From the NCBI GenBank assembly GCA_046758005.1, contig JBHHZJ010000001.1, positions 28,101 through 92,100 on the forward strand: a stretch of DNA of 64,000 nt, read 5' to 3'. Shown piece by piece: positions 27,712 through 37,585 of the stretch. The translations under genes were made by a program, and so were the position numbers. The DNA comes from Kiloniellaceae bacterium. GTDB lineage: Bacteria > Pseudomonadota > Alphaproteobacteria > Kiloniellales > J153. The notes under the pieces are model-generated. The model did not search any database. It had not been told where the DNA came from and was given only the letters and a program-made list of their open reading frames with translations. The stretch's first letter is position 1; every line of letters starts with the position of its first letter.

Positions 27712-29238
27712 TCACCCTTCGATGACGCGGCACCTGGCGCCCAGGGCCTCGGCCAGGGCGCGGAGGTCGCGGTCCACCGCCTCCCCGCCCGGCGCCGAGC
27801 CGTCGCCCGGCAGCACCAGGCGCAGCGCGCCGGCGGCGTCGTAGTCGAGCGCGCAGCGCGCCAGCACCGCGCCGGTCGCGCCGGAGACCCGGTAGGCCAG
27901 GCGCTGGGCCAGGCCGAGCACACGCGCCCGCCGTTCGACCTCGGGCGACAACAGGCGCACGTAACGCGCCGCATCGGCCGCGCCGGCCGCGCCGCCGTAG
28001 CGCACGAAGGCGGCGTAGGCGAGGAACACCCGCTCCGCATGGCCGAGCCCGATGAAAGGAAAATGCAGGATCCGGAACAACGCCTGGACGGCGCGGTAGT
28101 CGGGATGCTCGCGCCAGGCGATATCGGAGAGCAGACAAGAGGCTTGGCGCAGGCGCCGCGCCGGCGGCGTCTCGTCGGGGAACAGCGCCGCGCTCCACGC
28201 CGCGAGCGGTTCGCCCAGATGCTCGAAGCGCGCCTCGCGCCGGGCCAGGTCCGCGCACACGGCAAGCAGCGGGTCTTTCGCCTGCTCCGCGGGCGAGAGC
28301 TGGTCGAAGGCGTGCCCTTCGCGCAGGCCGAAGGCGGAAAACACGACCTGCCCGCAGCCAAGCGCCCGCACCACGCGGCTCAGCACGAGGGCGGCGGCCG
28401 GGAGCGTCTCCAGGCGCTGCTTGGTCACGCCCCTGATGCACGCCAGCGAGCGCCGGCTCAGCCGGCCGATGACCCGCGCGAGGTCGTTCACCTCGCCGCG
28501 CCGCATGGTGTATCCGTGGACGACGTGCAGCGGATGATCGGTCTGCTCGATCCGGATCCGCGCCAGGTTGCGCCAGGCCCCGCCAACCGCGTACAACGCG
28601 CCGGCCTCCGGTTCGCGCGCCGCCTCGCTCAGCCAATCCGCGCCCGTGAGCCGACGGTCGATCTCGCGCTCCATCGCGTCGGGTCCCCGGCCCGACAAGT
28701 CCATGAGTTGGAACGGCCCCAACGACAGGGTCGCCGAGCGCCCGATCCGTCCGTGCCGCAATTCGACGAGTTCCAGACTGCCGCCGCCGAGGTCGCCCAT
28801 GACGCCGTGGGCGCCCGGGAACCCGGCGACCACGCCGAGCGCCGACAGGCGCCCCTCCTCCGCCCCGCTCAGCACGGTGACGGGCAGGCCGCACAGGCGC
28901 TCGACCTCGGCGGCGAAGGCGGGCCCGTCGGCGGCCTCGCGCACCGCGGCGGTGGCGAGCATGTCGATGCGCCGCGCGCCCATGGCGCGGGCCAGGCGCG
29001 TGAAGCGCACCAGGTTTTTGCGCGCCAACGCCACGCCCTCCGGGTTGAGCCGGCCGCCGCGCGTCAAGCCGCGGCCCAGGCCGCACAAGACCTTCTCGTT
29101 GAACAGCGTGACGGCGCCGCGCTCCGGCCCCCGGTAAACCACCAGCCGAACTGAGTTGGACCCGATGTCGATCACGGCCAGCGGCCCGTCCCGCGCCGGC
29201 GCGATCACGGCCGCTGCGCCCTTCGCCGCGCCCGCCAT
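27712..29238 (-). CDS. ppx: Exopolyphosphatase (Ppx/GppA family)
   Basis: AVIDIGSNSVRLVVY (ASKHA phosphate-1 motif), MGDLGGGSLELV, and the HD-like C-terminal region. It lies 7 nt downstream of ppk on the same strand. Confidence 0.9.
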   Translation of the reverse strand: MAGAAKGAAAVIAPARDGPLAVIDIGSNSVRLVVYRGPERGAVTLFNEKVLCGLGRGLTRGGRLNPEGVALARKNLVRFTRLARAMGARRIDMLATAAVREAADGPAFAAEVERLCGLPVTVLSGAEEGRLSALGVVAGFPGAHGVMGDLGGGSLELVELRHGRIGRSATLSLGPFQLMDLSGRGPDAMEREIDRRLTGADWLSEAAREPEAGALYAVGGAWRNLARIRIEQTDHPLHVVHGYTMRRGEVNDLARVIGRLSRRSLACIRGVTKQRLETLPAAALVLSRVVRALGCGQVVFSAFGLREGHAFDQLSPAEQAKDPLLAVCADLARREARFEHLGEPLAAWSAALFPDETPPARRLRQASCLLSDIAWREHPDYRAVQALFRILHFPFIGLGHAERVFLAYAAFVRYGGAAGAADAARYVRLLSPEVERRARVLGLAQRLAYRVSGATGAVLARCALDYDAAGALRLVLPGDGSAPGGEAVDRDLRALAEALGARCRVIEG

Positions 29239-29245
29239 GCCCCGC

Positions 29246-31435
29246 TCAGGCTTTCCTCAGCACCAGGCGCGGCGCCTTTTTCGACTTCTCGAGCGCGCTG
29301 CCGCGCCCCGACAGGCTGGGATTGGTCATGAAAAACGTGTGGGCGCTGAAGGCGTCCTCGCCCGCCGCGACCCGGCGGTATTCAGCGTCGCGTTCGAGCA
29401 CCCAGCTTTGCGCCTCGTCGTTCAGGTTGGCGATCATGATCTGATCGAGGATCTGCCGGTGCACGGTCGGGTTCTCGATGGGCAGCAGCACCTCGACCCG
29501 CCAGTCCAGGTTGCGCGGCATCCAGTCCGCCGAAGAGATGTAGACCTTGGCCTCGGGCGAAGGCAGGACGTGGCCGGCGCCGAAGCAGACGATCCGGCTG
29601 TGTTCCAGGAACCGGCCGACGATGCTCTTGACCCGAATGTTCTCCGACAGGCCGGGCACGCCCGGGCGCAGGCAGCACATGCCCCGGATCACCAAGTCGA
29701 TGGACACATTCGCCTGGGAGGCCCGGTACAGCGCGTCGATGATCTGCGGATCGACGAGCGCGTTGAGCTTGGCCCAGATCGCCGCCGGGCGCCCGGCCCT
29801 GGCGTGATCGATCTCGCCGTCGATGAGGCCGAGCAGCGTCGTGCGCAGGCTCAGCGGCGCGACCGCGATCTTCTCCATCGGCTTGGGCTTGGCGTAGCCG
29901 GTCATGTAGTTGAACAGCCGGACCGCGTCGCGGCACAGCGCCGGGTCGCAGGTGAAGAACGACAGGTCCGTGTAGACCTTGGCGTTGACCGGGTGGTAGT
30001 TGCCCGTTCCGTAGTGCACGTAAGAGCGCAGGTGCGAGCCCTCGCGCCGGACCACGAGCGAGACCTTGGCGTGGGTCTTGAGGTTGATGAAACCGTAGAC
30101 CACGTGGACGCCGGCGCGCTCCATGTTGCGCGCCCAGCGGATGTTGCGCTCCTCGTCGAAGCGGGCCTTGAGCTCGATCAACGCGGTAACCGACTTGCCC
30201 GCCTCGGCGGCCTCGGTGAGCGCCTTGACGATCGGCGAGTCCTCGCTGGTCCGGTACAGCGTCTGCTTGATGGCCACGACCGCGGGATCGGCGGCGGCCT
30301 GGCGGATGAATTGCGCCACAACGTCGAAGCTCTCGTAGGGGTGGTGCACGACGATGTCCTTGGCGCGCACCGCGGCGAAGCAGTCGCCGTCGAAGTCGCG
30401 CACGCGCTCCGGGAAGCGCGCGTTGTAGGGCGGGAACCCGAGGTCCGGCCGGTCGCCGACGATCAGCTGCTCGGTGTCGGACAGGCCGAGCAGGCCATCG
30501 AGCGTGACCACGTCGTCCGGCGCCACGTCGAGCTCGGCCTCGACGAAGCCGCGCAACCCATCGGGCATGTCCCGGTCGACGGTCAACCGAATCACGGAGC
30601 CGCGTCGGCGCCGCTTGAGCGCGGACTCGAACACCCGTACCAGGTCCTCGGCCTCCTCCTCGATCTCGATGTCGCTGTCGCGCAAGACGCGGAAGAACCC
30701 GATTCCCATGACCTCCACGCCGGGAAACAGCGTGTCGAGGTAGAGCCGGACCACCTGCTCCATGCGGATGAAGCGGATCGTCGCGCCCGGCAGGCGGATG
30801 AACCGCTCGAGCTGCGCGGGAAGCGGGATCAGGCCCGTGAGGCGCTCGCCGTCCTCCGGGTTGACCAGATCCAGGACCATGGAGAACCCGCCGTTGGTGA
30901 TGAAGGGAAACGGATGCGCCGCAGACACCGCAATCGGGGTCAGGACCGGGAAGATCTGGGCGGAGAAGTAGCCGTCCAGCCACGCCCGCTCCTCGTCGGT
31001 CAGCTCCTCGGACTTGAGCACGCCGACGCCCGCCGCGCGCAACTCAGCGCGCAGGCGCCGCCAGATGGTCTGCTGGCGTTGCAGGAGGCGCGTGGCGTCG
31101 CGGTTGATTTCGGCCAGTTGCCGCTCGGGGTTGAGGCCGTCGGGGCTCGGCGTCTTCACCCCGGCGCGCACCTGACCTTTCAGGCCGGCAATGCGCACCA
31201 TGTAGAACTCGTCGAGGTTGCGGAACGAGATCGACAGGAAGCGCACGCGCTCGAGCAGCGGATGCCGGGGGTTGACCGCTTCCTCCAGCACCCGCTCGTT
31301 GAACTTGAGCCACGACAGCTCGCGGTTGATGAAACGCCGCGGCGACGATGCGTCGATGGCGTCCTCGGCGGGGCCGGGTTCGCCTTTGTCGCCGCTGTCC
31401 GCTTCGGTTACCGTTAGCGCGATCCTGTCGTTCAC
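29246..31435 (-). CDS. ppk: Polyphosphate kinase 1
   Basis: [25 protein letters not shown]...NLDEFYMVR, and two PLD-like HKD regions ([11 protein letters not shown]...; GRFLEHSRI). GTG start at 31435; 729 aa. Confidence 0.95.
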   Translation of the reverse strand: MNDRIALTVTEADSGDKGEPGPAEDAIDASSPRRFINRELSWLKFNERVLEEAVNPRHPLLERVRFLSISFRNLDEFYMVRIAGLKGQVRAGVKTPSPDGLNPERQLAEINRDATRLLQRQQTIWRRLRAELRAAGVGVLKSEELTDEERAWLDGYFSAQIFPVLTPIAVSAAHPFPFITNGGFSMVLDLVNPEDGERLTGLIPLPAQLERFIRLPGATIRFIRMEQVVRLYLDTLFPGVEVMGIGFFRVLRDSDIEIEEEAEDLVRVFESALKRRRRGSVIRLTVDRDMPDGLRGFVEAELDVAPDDVVTLDGLLGLSDTEQLIVGDRPDLGFPPYNARFPERVRDFDGDCFAAVRAKDIVVHHPYESFDVVAQFIRQAAADPAVVAIKQTLYRTSEDSPIVKALTEAAEAGKSVTALIELKARFDEERNIRWARNMERAGVHVVYGFINLKTHAKVSLVVRREGSHLRSYVHYGTGNYHPVNAKVYTDLSFFTCDPALCRDAVRLFNYMTGYAKPKPMEKIAVAPLSLRTTLLGLIDGEIDHARAGRPAAIWAKLNALVDPQIIDALYRASQANVSIDLVIRGMCCLRPGVPGLSENIRVKSIVGRFLEHSRIVCFGAGHVLPSPEAKVYISSADWMPRNLDWRVEVLLPIENPTVHRQILDQIMIANLNDEAQSWVLERDAEYRRVAAGEDAFSAHTFFMTNPSLSGRGSALEKSKKAPRLVLRKA

Positions 31436-31603
31436 TTCGACCGGTCCTTCGGGCCGCCGCGCGGCGCCTGCCAGCCAATGCTATAGCACGGGGCAATGAA
31501 TTTTCGATGACGGATTTCCGATGGCGGCGCGCCTCGCGGTGACGCCGCCGGGTACCGCTCATGTCGGACGGCGCGGCCGGCAAGGCAAGCGCGCGGGCGG
31601 TGC

Positions 31604-32143
31604 ATGAAGACGCTCTATCTGGCCCGCCACGGTCTGGCGTAGCGCGGCGACGGCGTCTCGCCCGATGCGGACCGGCCGCTTGCGGCGGAGGGGCGCGCCG
31701 CCGCGGCGTGGCTGGCCGAGACCATGCGCGAGCGCGGCTTGATGCCCGCCTTCGTCGTGTGCTCCGACGCGCGCCGGGCGATCGAGACCTGGGAGGCCAT
31801 GAAAGCGACACTGGCTCCCCTCGGTGCGGCCGAAATCGCGATGGAGGCTCACCCGGGCCTCTATCTCGCCCCGGCTCGCCAGGCGCTCGCGATCGTGCGG
31901 GCGCTGCCCGACGCGCGATCCTCGGTCCTGCTGATCGGCCACAACCCGGGCCTGCAGAACCTGGCGGGAGCGCTCGCCGGCCCGGCCTCCGATCCGGTCG
32001 CGCTGCGGCGCCTGCGCCTGGGCTTCCCGACCGCGGGGCTCGCGGTCTTCGCCTTCGACATGGCGCACTGGTGCGACATCGGGCGCGGCAAGGGACGCCT
32101 GAGCCTTTTCCTGCCCCCCGTCGACGGCGCGGACGCGACGTGA
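31604..32143 (+). pseudogene. sixA: SixA-type histidine phosphatase gene interrupted by an in-frame TAG at 31640-31642 (codon 13)
   Basis: The ATG at 31604 gives MKTLYLARHGLA-TAG-RGDGVSPDADRPLAAEGRAAAAWLAETMRERGLMPAFVVCSDARRAIETWEAM...LLIGHNPG in a single frame. The track ORF (31724-32143) is only the distal part and lacks the catalytic RHG. Confidence 0.6.
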
Positions 32144-32159
32144 GCGCGAGCGCCCGCCG

Positions 32160-33131
32160 TCACGTCTGGACCCGTCCGCTCCCGGCCAAATCCGGCAGGT
32201 TGAAGACGCTGCGCTTGAGGCCGAAGCCCTCGCGCAGGGCCTTGGCCGCCGCCAACCCTGCTTCGTCGAGGGCGATGCGCCCCACCCGTTCGACCAGCAT
32301 CTCCAAGTGGGCCCTGAGCGCCCGCTCGCCCTCCGGCGTGTCGGCGAGCGGCAGGTCGGCGCGGAAGCGCGGGTCGTGCACGGCGCGTTCCCAGAACCGG
32401 GTCAGCCAGTCGAGCCCGGTCGGCTCGCTGCACCCGAAGGTCAGGTGGATCGATGCCTCGCTGCTGGCCAGCGCGTCGTGGAACTGGCCGCGCGGCAGGT
32501 AGAGCAGGTCGCCCGGCCGCATCACGACCTCCTCGGCGACGCGGCCTTTCAGGCGGTCGCATTCGGCCTGCGGCACGTTGTAGAAGGCGGCGTGCTCGAC
32601 GGGGTTGTCCATGCGTCCCTCGTAGAGGCGCCAGCGCTTCTCGCCGACGACGTGCAGCGCGTAGACGTCGTGCCGGTCGTAGTGCGAGTCGAAGGCCTGG
32701 CGCTCCTGCCACGAGCAATAGAGGTTCGCGGACACCTTGGCCCCCAGTCTTCCCGCGATGGTCTCGGCGACCGCGAGCGCGCCGGGGTGCAGGGTCTCGA
32801 TGTTGTTGAGCACGAGCGAGGCGCCGCGGCGCAGGAGCTCCATGACCTTGTCGGACTCGGGCTGCAGGACCTGGCGCTGGTTGCGGTTGAGCGTGTTGCG
32901 CGAATAGGCGGCCGGCGGGACCCGCTGCCGATCGAGGACGAGCTGGAGCGTGTTGCCGTCCCACACGTCCATGCCGAGCATCTCGTTGAGCGCGTCCCAG
33001 GACATGGCGAAGGCGAACTTGTCCGGCCCGCCGCGCACGTGCAGCGGCCGGCGGTGATAGTGCTCGGCGAGGAACGCCGACTCGCCCACCGGCGCCAGAA
33101 GCTGTTCGAAGGTCGTGATGAGATCGCTCAT
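32160..33131 (-). CDS. JmjC / cupin-4 family oxygenase (RoxA/YcfD-like)
   Basis: The ATG at 33131 gives 323 aa. Fe(II) facial-triad context: FDSHYDRHDVYALHVVGEKRWRLY...GDLLYLPRGQFH...SIHLTFG. Confidence 0.75.
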   Translation of the reverse strand: MSDLITTFEQLLAPVGESAFLAEHYHRRPLHVRGGPDKFAFAMSWDALNEMLGMDVWDGNTLQLVLDRQRVPPAAYSRNTLNRNQRQVLQPESDKVMELLRRGASLVLNNIETLHPGALAVAETIAGRLGAKVSANLYCSWQERQAFDSHYDRHDVYALHVVGEKRWRLYEGRMDNPVEHAAFYNVPQAECDRLKGRVAEEVVMRPGDLLYLPRGQFHDALASSEASIHLTFGCSEPTGLDWLTRFWERAVHDPRFRADLPLADTPEGERALRAHLEMLVERVGRIALDEAGLAAAKALREGFGLKRSVFNLPDLAGSGRVQT

Positions 33132-33148
33132 CGCCCGGCCTTCGGCTC

Positions 33149-33928
33149 TCACAGCGTGCCCGGGAAGGCGCCGCCGTCGAGCAGCAGGTTCTGGCCGGTG
33201 ATGAATCCGGCGTGTCGGCTGCACAGGAAGGCGCAGGCCGCGCCGAACTCCTCCGGGTCGCCGAAGCGGCCGGCGGGGTTCGCGGCCATGCGCTCGTTCC
33301 ACGCCTCCTCGAAGGGCCGGCCGCCTTTCTCGGCGACGCTCCGCACGGTCTGCCTGAGGCGATCGGTGGCGAACGGCCCGGGCAGCAGGTTGTTGACGGT
33401 GACGTTGTGGCGCACGGTCTTGCGCGCCACGCCGGCGACGAAGCCGGTCAGGCCCGCGCGCGCGCCGTTCGACAGGCCCAGGATGTCGATCGGGGCCTTC
33501 ACCGCCGAGGACGTGATGTTGACGATGCGCCCGAAGCGGCGCGCGATCATGCCATCGACCGTGGCCCTGATCAGCTCGATGGCGGTCAGCATGTTGGCGT
33601 CCAGGGCCTTGATCCAGTCGTCGCGCGACCAGTCCCGGAAGTCGCCGGGCGGCGGGCCGCCGGCATTGTTGACCAGGATGTCCGGCCCGGGGCAGGCCTC
33701 GAGCGCTGCCTTGCGCCCGGCCTCGGTCGTGATGTCGGCGGCCACGGGCGCGACCTTGACGCCGGTCTCGCGGCGGATCTCTTCCGCGCTCGCCTGCAGG
33801 GGCCCGGGCGTGCGCGCCACGATGGTCACGTCCACGCCCTCGCGCGCGAGCGCCATGGCGCAGGCCCGGCCCAGCCCCTTGCTGGCCGCGCACACGAGCG
33901 CCGTCTTGCCGTTCAGTCCGAGATCCAT
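33149..33928 (-). CDS. SDR family oxidoreductase (FabG-like)
   Basis: KTALVCAASKGLGRACA (a variant of TGxxxGxG), NNAG, and the catalytic-region pattern typical of classical SDRs. It lies 17 nt upstream of the JmjC gene on the same strand. Confidence 0.85.
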   Translation of the reverse strand: MDLGLNGKTALVCAASKGLGRACAMALAREGVDVTIVARTPGPLQASAEEIRRETGVKVAPVAADITTEAGRKAALEACPGPDILVNNAGGPPPGDFRDWSRDDWIKALDANMLTAIELIRATVDGMIARRFGRIVNITSSAVKAPIDILGLSNGARAGLTGFVAGVARKTVRHNVTVNNLLPGPFATDRLRQTVRSVAEKGGRPFEEAWNERMAANPAGRFGDPEEFGAACAFLCSRHAGFITGQNLLLDGGAFPGTL

Positions 33929-33938
33929 GGTCGCCTCC

Positions 33939-34649
33939 CTACTCTACGATGTCGGCCCGTCCCGCCTGCTCCTTCGCCAGCACCGCGCGGACCAGGGGCA
34001 CGGTGATGTCGCGGCGCTGCGCGAGCGAGGCGCGGTCCACCGCCGCCACGATGTCGCGGGCCGCCGCGAAGGACCGCTCCATGCGCGGCAGCAGGAAGCG
34101 GACCACCTCCGCACCGACCCGAAGCTGGCGGTCGGCGAACAGCTTGATCAGCACCGCCTCGATGAGTGCGTCGTCCGGCGCGCCCAGGGCCACGGCGCTG
34201 GCCGCCGAAAGGCGCGAGCGCAAATCCGGCAGCGAACAGGACCAGCGCGCCGGCGGCGCGCGCCCGGCGAGCAGCAGATGGCCGCCGCGCTCGGCCAGCA
34301 TGTTGTAAAGATGCAGCAACCGGCGCTGGCGCAGCGGGTCGCCGGCGAGCGCCGCCTCGACCCCGTCGAGCGCGCACGCGCGGGCCGGGCCGAGCAGTTC
34401 CGGCGGCTCGGCCGCGTCCAGCGCCGCCGCGTCGATCGCCGCGGCGCCGCTCGCGGCGCGCCAGACCCGGCACAGGTGGGTCTTGCCGCAGCCGGGCGGA
34501 CCGTAGAGCGCCAGGGCCGGCCCGGGCCAGCGGGGCCAACGGTCGATCCAGGCGACCGCGAGTTCGTTGCTCGGCGCGACGAGAAAATCCTCGCGCCCGA
34601 GCGCCGGCCGGTGCTCCAGGTCGAAGGGTAGTTGCGCCGCGCGGCTCAT
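33939..34649 (-). CDS. hdaA: DnaA regulatory inactivator HdaA
   Basis: The ATG at 34649 gives 236 aa. QLPFDL, Walker A (LYGPPGCGKTHL), the DnaA-domain-III-like remainder and LL...SL.DLRSRL match Hda/HdaA. Its start overlaps the perM stop (ATGA). Confidence 0.8.
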   Translation of the reverse strand: MSRAAQLPFDLEHRPALGREDFLVAPSNELAVAWIDRWPRWPGPALALYGPPGCGKTHLCRVWRAASGAAAIDAAALDAAEPPELLGPARACALDGVEAALAGDPLRQRRLLHLYNMLAERGGHLLLAGRAPPARWSCSLPDLRSRLSAASAVALGAPDDALIEAVLIKLFADRQLRVGAEVVRFLLPRMERSFAAARDIVAAVDRASLAQRRDITVPLVRAVLAKEQAGRADIVE

Positions 34650-35719
34650 TGGCCCGGCTCGCGCCCGCCGCCGCCGTAATAGCTGCTGGCCATGTATCGC
34701 TCGATCCCGAAACGCGCGCCGACGCCGACCACGGCGGCGGCGGGCACCGCGAGAAGCACGCCGACGAAACCGAACAGCGCGCCGCCGGCCAGCAGGGCGA
34801 AGATGACCCAGACCGGGTGCAGGCCGACCCGCCCCCCGACCAGCTTGGGTGTCAGGACGTTGCCTTCGGCCGCCTGGCCGACGAAGAAGATCGCGGCGAC
34901 GATGGCGATTCGCGCCCAGTCGTCGAACTGCGCGAACGCGAGGCCCACCGAGAGCACCAGCCCCACCGTCGCCCCGACGAAGGGAATGAACGACAGCAGC
35001 CCCGCGACCAGGCCCACGATCAGCCCGAAGTCCAGGCCGGCCAGCGACAGGCCGAGGGCATAGAACACGCCCAGAATCAAGCAGACGGTCCCCTGGCCGC
35101 GCACGAAGCCGGCGAGCCTTCGGTCCACCTCGCGCACCAGGGCGCGTATCGTTTCGGCGTGGGCGCGCGGCAGCCACTCGTCGACGCGCGCCACGATTCG
35201 GTCCCAGTCGCGCAAGAGGTAGAACGCCACCACCGGCGTGATGACGAGCAGGGACAAAAGGTTCGCCAGCGCCACCCCGCCGCTCACCAGACCGCCCACG
35301 AAGTCCGTGGCCCACGCCATCAGACGTTCGGCCGAGCCGCCGAGCGCCGTTTCGATCCGCATCAGCATGGCCGGGTCGGCCTGGGCCTCGACCAGGGCGA
35401 CCAGTTGCGCGAACTGGGCGCGCAGGGCGTCGACGAAGTCCGGCACGCTCCTCAACAGGCTGACCAGTTGGCCGGCGACGACCGGGACCAGCAGCAGGAC
35501 CCCGGCGACCGCGAGAACGAGGAACGTCAGGGTCAATAGCGTGGTCGCCAGCGTCCGCGACAGTCCCCAGCGCTCGAGCCGGTCGCAGACCGGATCGAGC
35601 ATATAGGCGACCGCCATCCCGGCCACGAAGGGCAGCAGGATGCCGCGCAGCAGATAGAGCGCGATCACGAAGACCGCCAGGCCGATCAGCCAGAAGCGCA
35701 CCTGCCGTTCGACCGTCAC
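34646..35719 (-). CDS. AI-2E family transporter (PerM/YdiK-like permease)
   Basis: 357 aa with about 8 TM segments. Family-typical segments: LLPFVAGMAVAYMLDP and IPFVGATVG...P.L.G..VGLHPV.V..ALL.GG.LFG..G.LLAVP. Confidence 0.85.
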   Translation of the reverse strand: MTVERQVRFWLIGLAVFVIALYLLRGILLPFVAGMAVAYMLDPVCDRLERWGLSRTLATTLLTLTFLVLAVAGVLLLVPVVAGQLVSLLRSVPDFVDALRAQFAQLVALVEAQADPAMLMRIETALGGSAERLMAWATDFVGGLVSGGVALANLLSLLVITPVVAFYLLRDWDRIVARVDEWLPRAHAETIRALVREVDRRLAGFVRGQGTVCLILGVFYALGLSLAGLDFGLIVGLVAGLLSFIPFVGATVGLVLSVGLAFAQFDDWARIAIVAAIFFVGQAAEGNVLTPKLVGGRVGLHPVWVIFALLAGGALFGFVGVLLAVPAAAVVGVGARFGIERYMASSYYGGGGREPGQ

Positions 35720-35762
35720 GCCTCGAGTCCCCCGGCGCCGGTGCCTGCGCTGCGCGGCGCGC

Positions 35763-36329
35763 TCACCGGGTCCGCTCCATGGTCACCGCCAGCCAGCCCC
35801 ACTTGACGACGTACGCGGCCCCGGAAAGGAAGGTGGTCAGCGCCACAATATAGACGAGCGCGCTGGAAATGAACGGCAGCGCGAGGCCGAGGCCCAGCTC
35901 GGCGAGGATGACGCCCGCCAGGGTGATTTGCGCCGCCGTGTTCACTTTGCTGATGAACAGGGGGTTCATCTTGAGCGACTGGGTCAGGGCGAAGAACACG
36001 ATCGCGCCGCCGATAATCAAGAGATCGCGGAACACGATCAGGAACACCAGCCACATGGCCACGTGGTCCATGTAGCCGAGCGCCACGTAGACGCTGACCA
36101 GCAGCGCCTTGTCGGCGAGCGGATCGAGGTACGCGCCGACCTCGCTCACGACGCCCAGGCGCTTGGCGAGTAAGCCGTCCACGGCGTCCGACGCGCCGGC
36201 CGCGACGAACAGCCAGAACGCGGCGCCGTACTCGCCCTGCAACACGAGGTACACCGTAACCGGCACGGCGAGCAGGCGCGCCAGGGTGATGAAGTTCGGC
36301 AGGAGGGATAGAGGGCCGAGAAAGCTCAC
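35763..36329 (-). CDS. CDP-alcohol phosphatidyltransferase (PgsA-like)
   Basis: Signature DAVDGLLAKRLGVVSEVGAYLDPLADK (D-G-x2-A-R/K-x8-G-x3-D-x3-D) in a 188-aa polytopic protein. The GTG at 36329 overlaps the upstream stop (GTGA). Confidence 0.8.
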   Translation of the reverse strand: MSFLGPLSLLPNFITLARLLAVPVTVYLVLQGEYGAAFWLFVAAGASDAVDGLLAKRLGVVSEVGAYLDPLADKALLVSVYVALGYMDHVAMWLVFLIVFRDLLIIGGAIVFFALTQSLKMNPLFISKVNTAAQITLAGVILAELGLGLALPFISSALVYIVALTTFLSGAAYVVKWGWLAVTMERTR

Positions 36330-37501
36330 TCGCTCGCCGGTGCGCGTTGCGCGGGGGCCGCGGCGCCGGCCGCCGGCGCGAGCTGCTGCTCGACGCCGCT
36401 GATCTGGAGCCGCCAACCAGCCGTCTGGTCGAAGGACAGGTCCAAGTCGCTCTGTGCCATGGCCAGCATGAGCTGCTGCTCGTCGCCGACGAACGTGATG
36501 TCCATCTCGGTCTCAGCGCGCGAGAGCAAGGTCACCTCGGCGCGCTGGACCCCGGCCACGCCGGCCAGCCGCTTCTTGATCTCGAGCCAATCGGCGAGGC
36601 CGCGCAGCGGCACGGTCACGGTGATCCTGCGCTGCGCCCCGGGGCGCAGCAGGTTCCGCTGCTTCCAGCTTTCCTGCGCCTCGGCCGCCACCGCGTCGGC
36701 GGCGCGCGCCAACAGGTCGGACAGGGTCTCGCCCGGCTCCTGGGCGTAATTCTCGATGATCGTGCTGTGTTGTCGCCGCCCCAGGCGGCTGGTGCCGACC
36801 TGGAGGCTGGCCAGGCCTATCTCGGGTTCGCCCAGCAGCACCGCCTGGGTGATCAGCACGTCCTCGGCACCGTAGCGCCGCGCAAGCTTGGACAGGCGCT
36901 CGAGGTCGCCGGCCAGGGCGTGCTCGGGGGTCACCGTGGCGATGTCCCCGAGGTCGCCGAGCGGCACGATCAAGGGCACCAGCCAGTCCCCCGGCGGGCG
37001 CGTCGCCCAGGTCCTCCACCACGGGTTGGAGTCCTCCCACAGCCTGGCTACCTCCGCCGGCCCATAGACGGGCAGGACCACGACGGGCTTGCTGTGCGTC
37101 TCGGCGTGCGCCAGTCCAGCGGCGCGCAGGAACTGGCGCACCGCCTTGGGCTTGAAGCGGAACGTCAGCTTGGCGAGGTAGCGCACGTCCGAGGTGCGTT
37201 CGTCGGCGACCTCGAAGTCCTTGACCAGCTCGGCCACCTCGCCCGCCTCCAGCGGCGCAAGCTGCGCCAGTTCCGCCTTCGGCAGGAGGCGCGTGAGCAG
37301 CCGTTGCATCGCGATGACGTGGCCCTCGGCGTGCGCCGCTTCACGCGCGGCCGCCGCGGTCTCGGCGGTCACGTCCACGGCCACGTCGCGCACCGTGAAC
37401 ACGTCGGCCACACCCTGCGCGGCGGCCGGCCGCGCCACCGCGCCGAGACCGGCCAGCAGAAGCCCGGCCAACAACGTGCCAAGGGCGCGGCGAATGCCCA
37501 T
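36326..37501 (-). CDS. Secreted conserved protein, tentatively DUF2066
   Basis: The ATG at 37501 gives 391 aa with a signal peptide (MGIRRALGTLLAGLLLAGLGAVARPAAAQG). Its position divergent from purM and upstream of pgsA is as I recall for DUF2066 in Alphaproteobacteria. Unverified. Confidence 0.55.
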   Translation of the reverse strand: MGIRRALGTLLAGLLLAGLGAVARPAAAQGVADVFTVRDVAVDVTAETAAAAREAAHAEGHVIAMQRLLTRLLPKAELAQLAPLEAGEVAELVKDFEVADERTSDVRYLAKLTFRFKPKAVRQFLRAAGLAHAETHSKPVVVLPVYGPAEVARLWEDSNPWWRTWATRPPGDWLVPLIVPLGDLGDIATVTPEHALAGDLERLSKLARRYGAEDVLITQAVLLGEPEIGLASLQVGTSRLGRRQHSTIIENYAQEPGETLSDLLARAADAVAAEAQESWKQRNLLRPGAQRRITVTVPLRGLADWLEIKKRLAGVAGVQRAEVTLLSRAETEMDITFVGDEQQLMLAMAQSDLDLSFDQTAGWRLQISGVEQQLAPAAGAAAPAQRAPASE

Positions 37502-37585
37502 TGCAAAGCGTCCCGGATCAAGTATCGTCGCGCGCGCGGCGGCAGCCGCGGCCTGCGTGCCGCGAAACCGTGGCCTTAATACTCC

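Noticed and set aside
29156-31417. 753-aa plus-strand ORF antisense to ppk. The same applies to 46546-48372 (+) antisense to pepA, 112-1371 (-) antisense to dprA, 36347-37579 (+) and 50548-52338 (-).
   Set aside because: All mirror genes with strong family signatures on the opposite strand and have non-protein-like composition. No independent support.
31501-31527. An imperfect direct repeat, TTCGATGACGG / TCCGATGGCGG (14-nt period), in the ppk-sixA divergent region, considered as a Pho-box-like element.
   Set aside because: Only 9 of 11 positions are identical, and it does not resemble the PhoB consensus sequences I know. It is too weak to call.
31640-31642. Reading the in-frame TAG in the sixA-like gene as pyrrolysine or another programmed recoding event.
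   Set aside because: No pyl genes or recoding signals are visible in the window, and such decoding is not expected in this kind of organism. A nonsense mutation or a base-call error is far more parsimonious.
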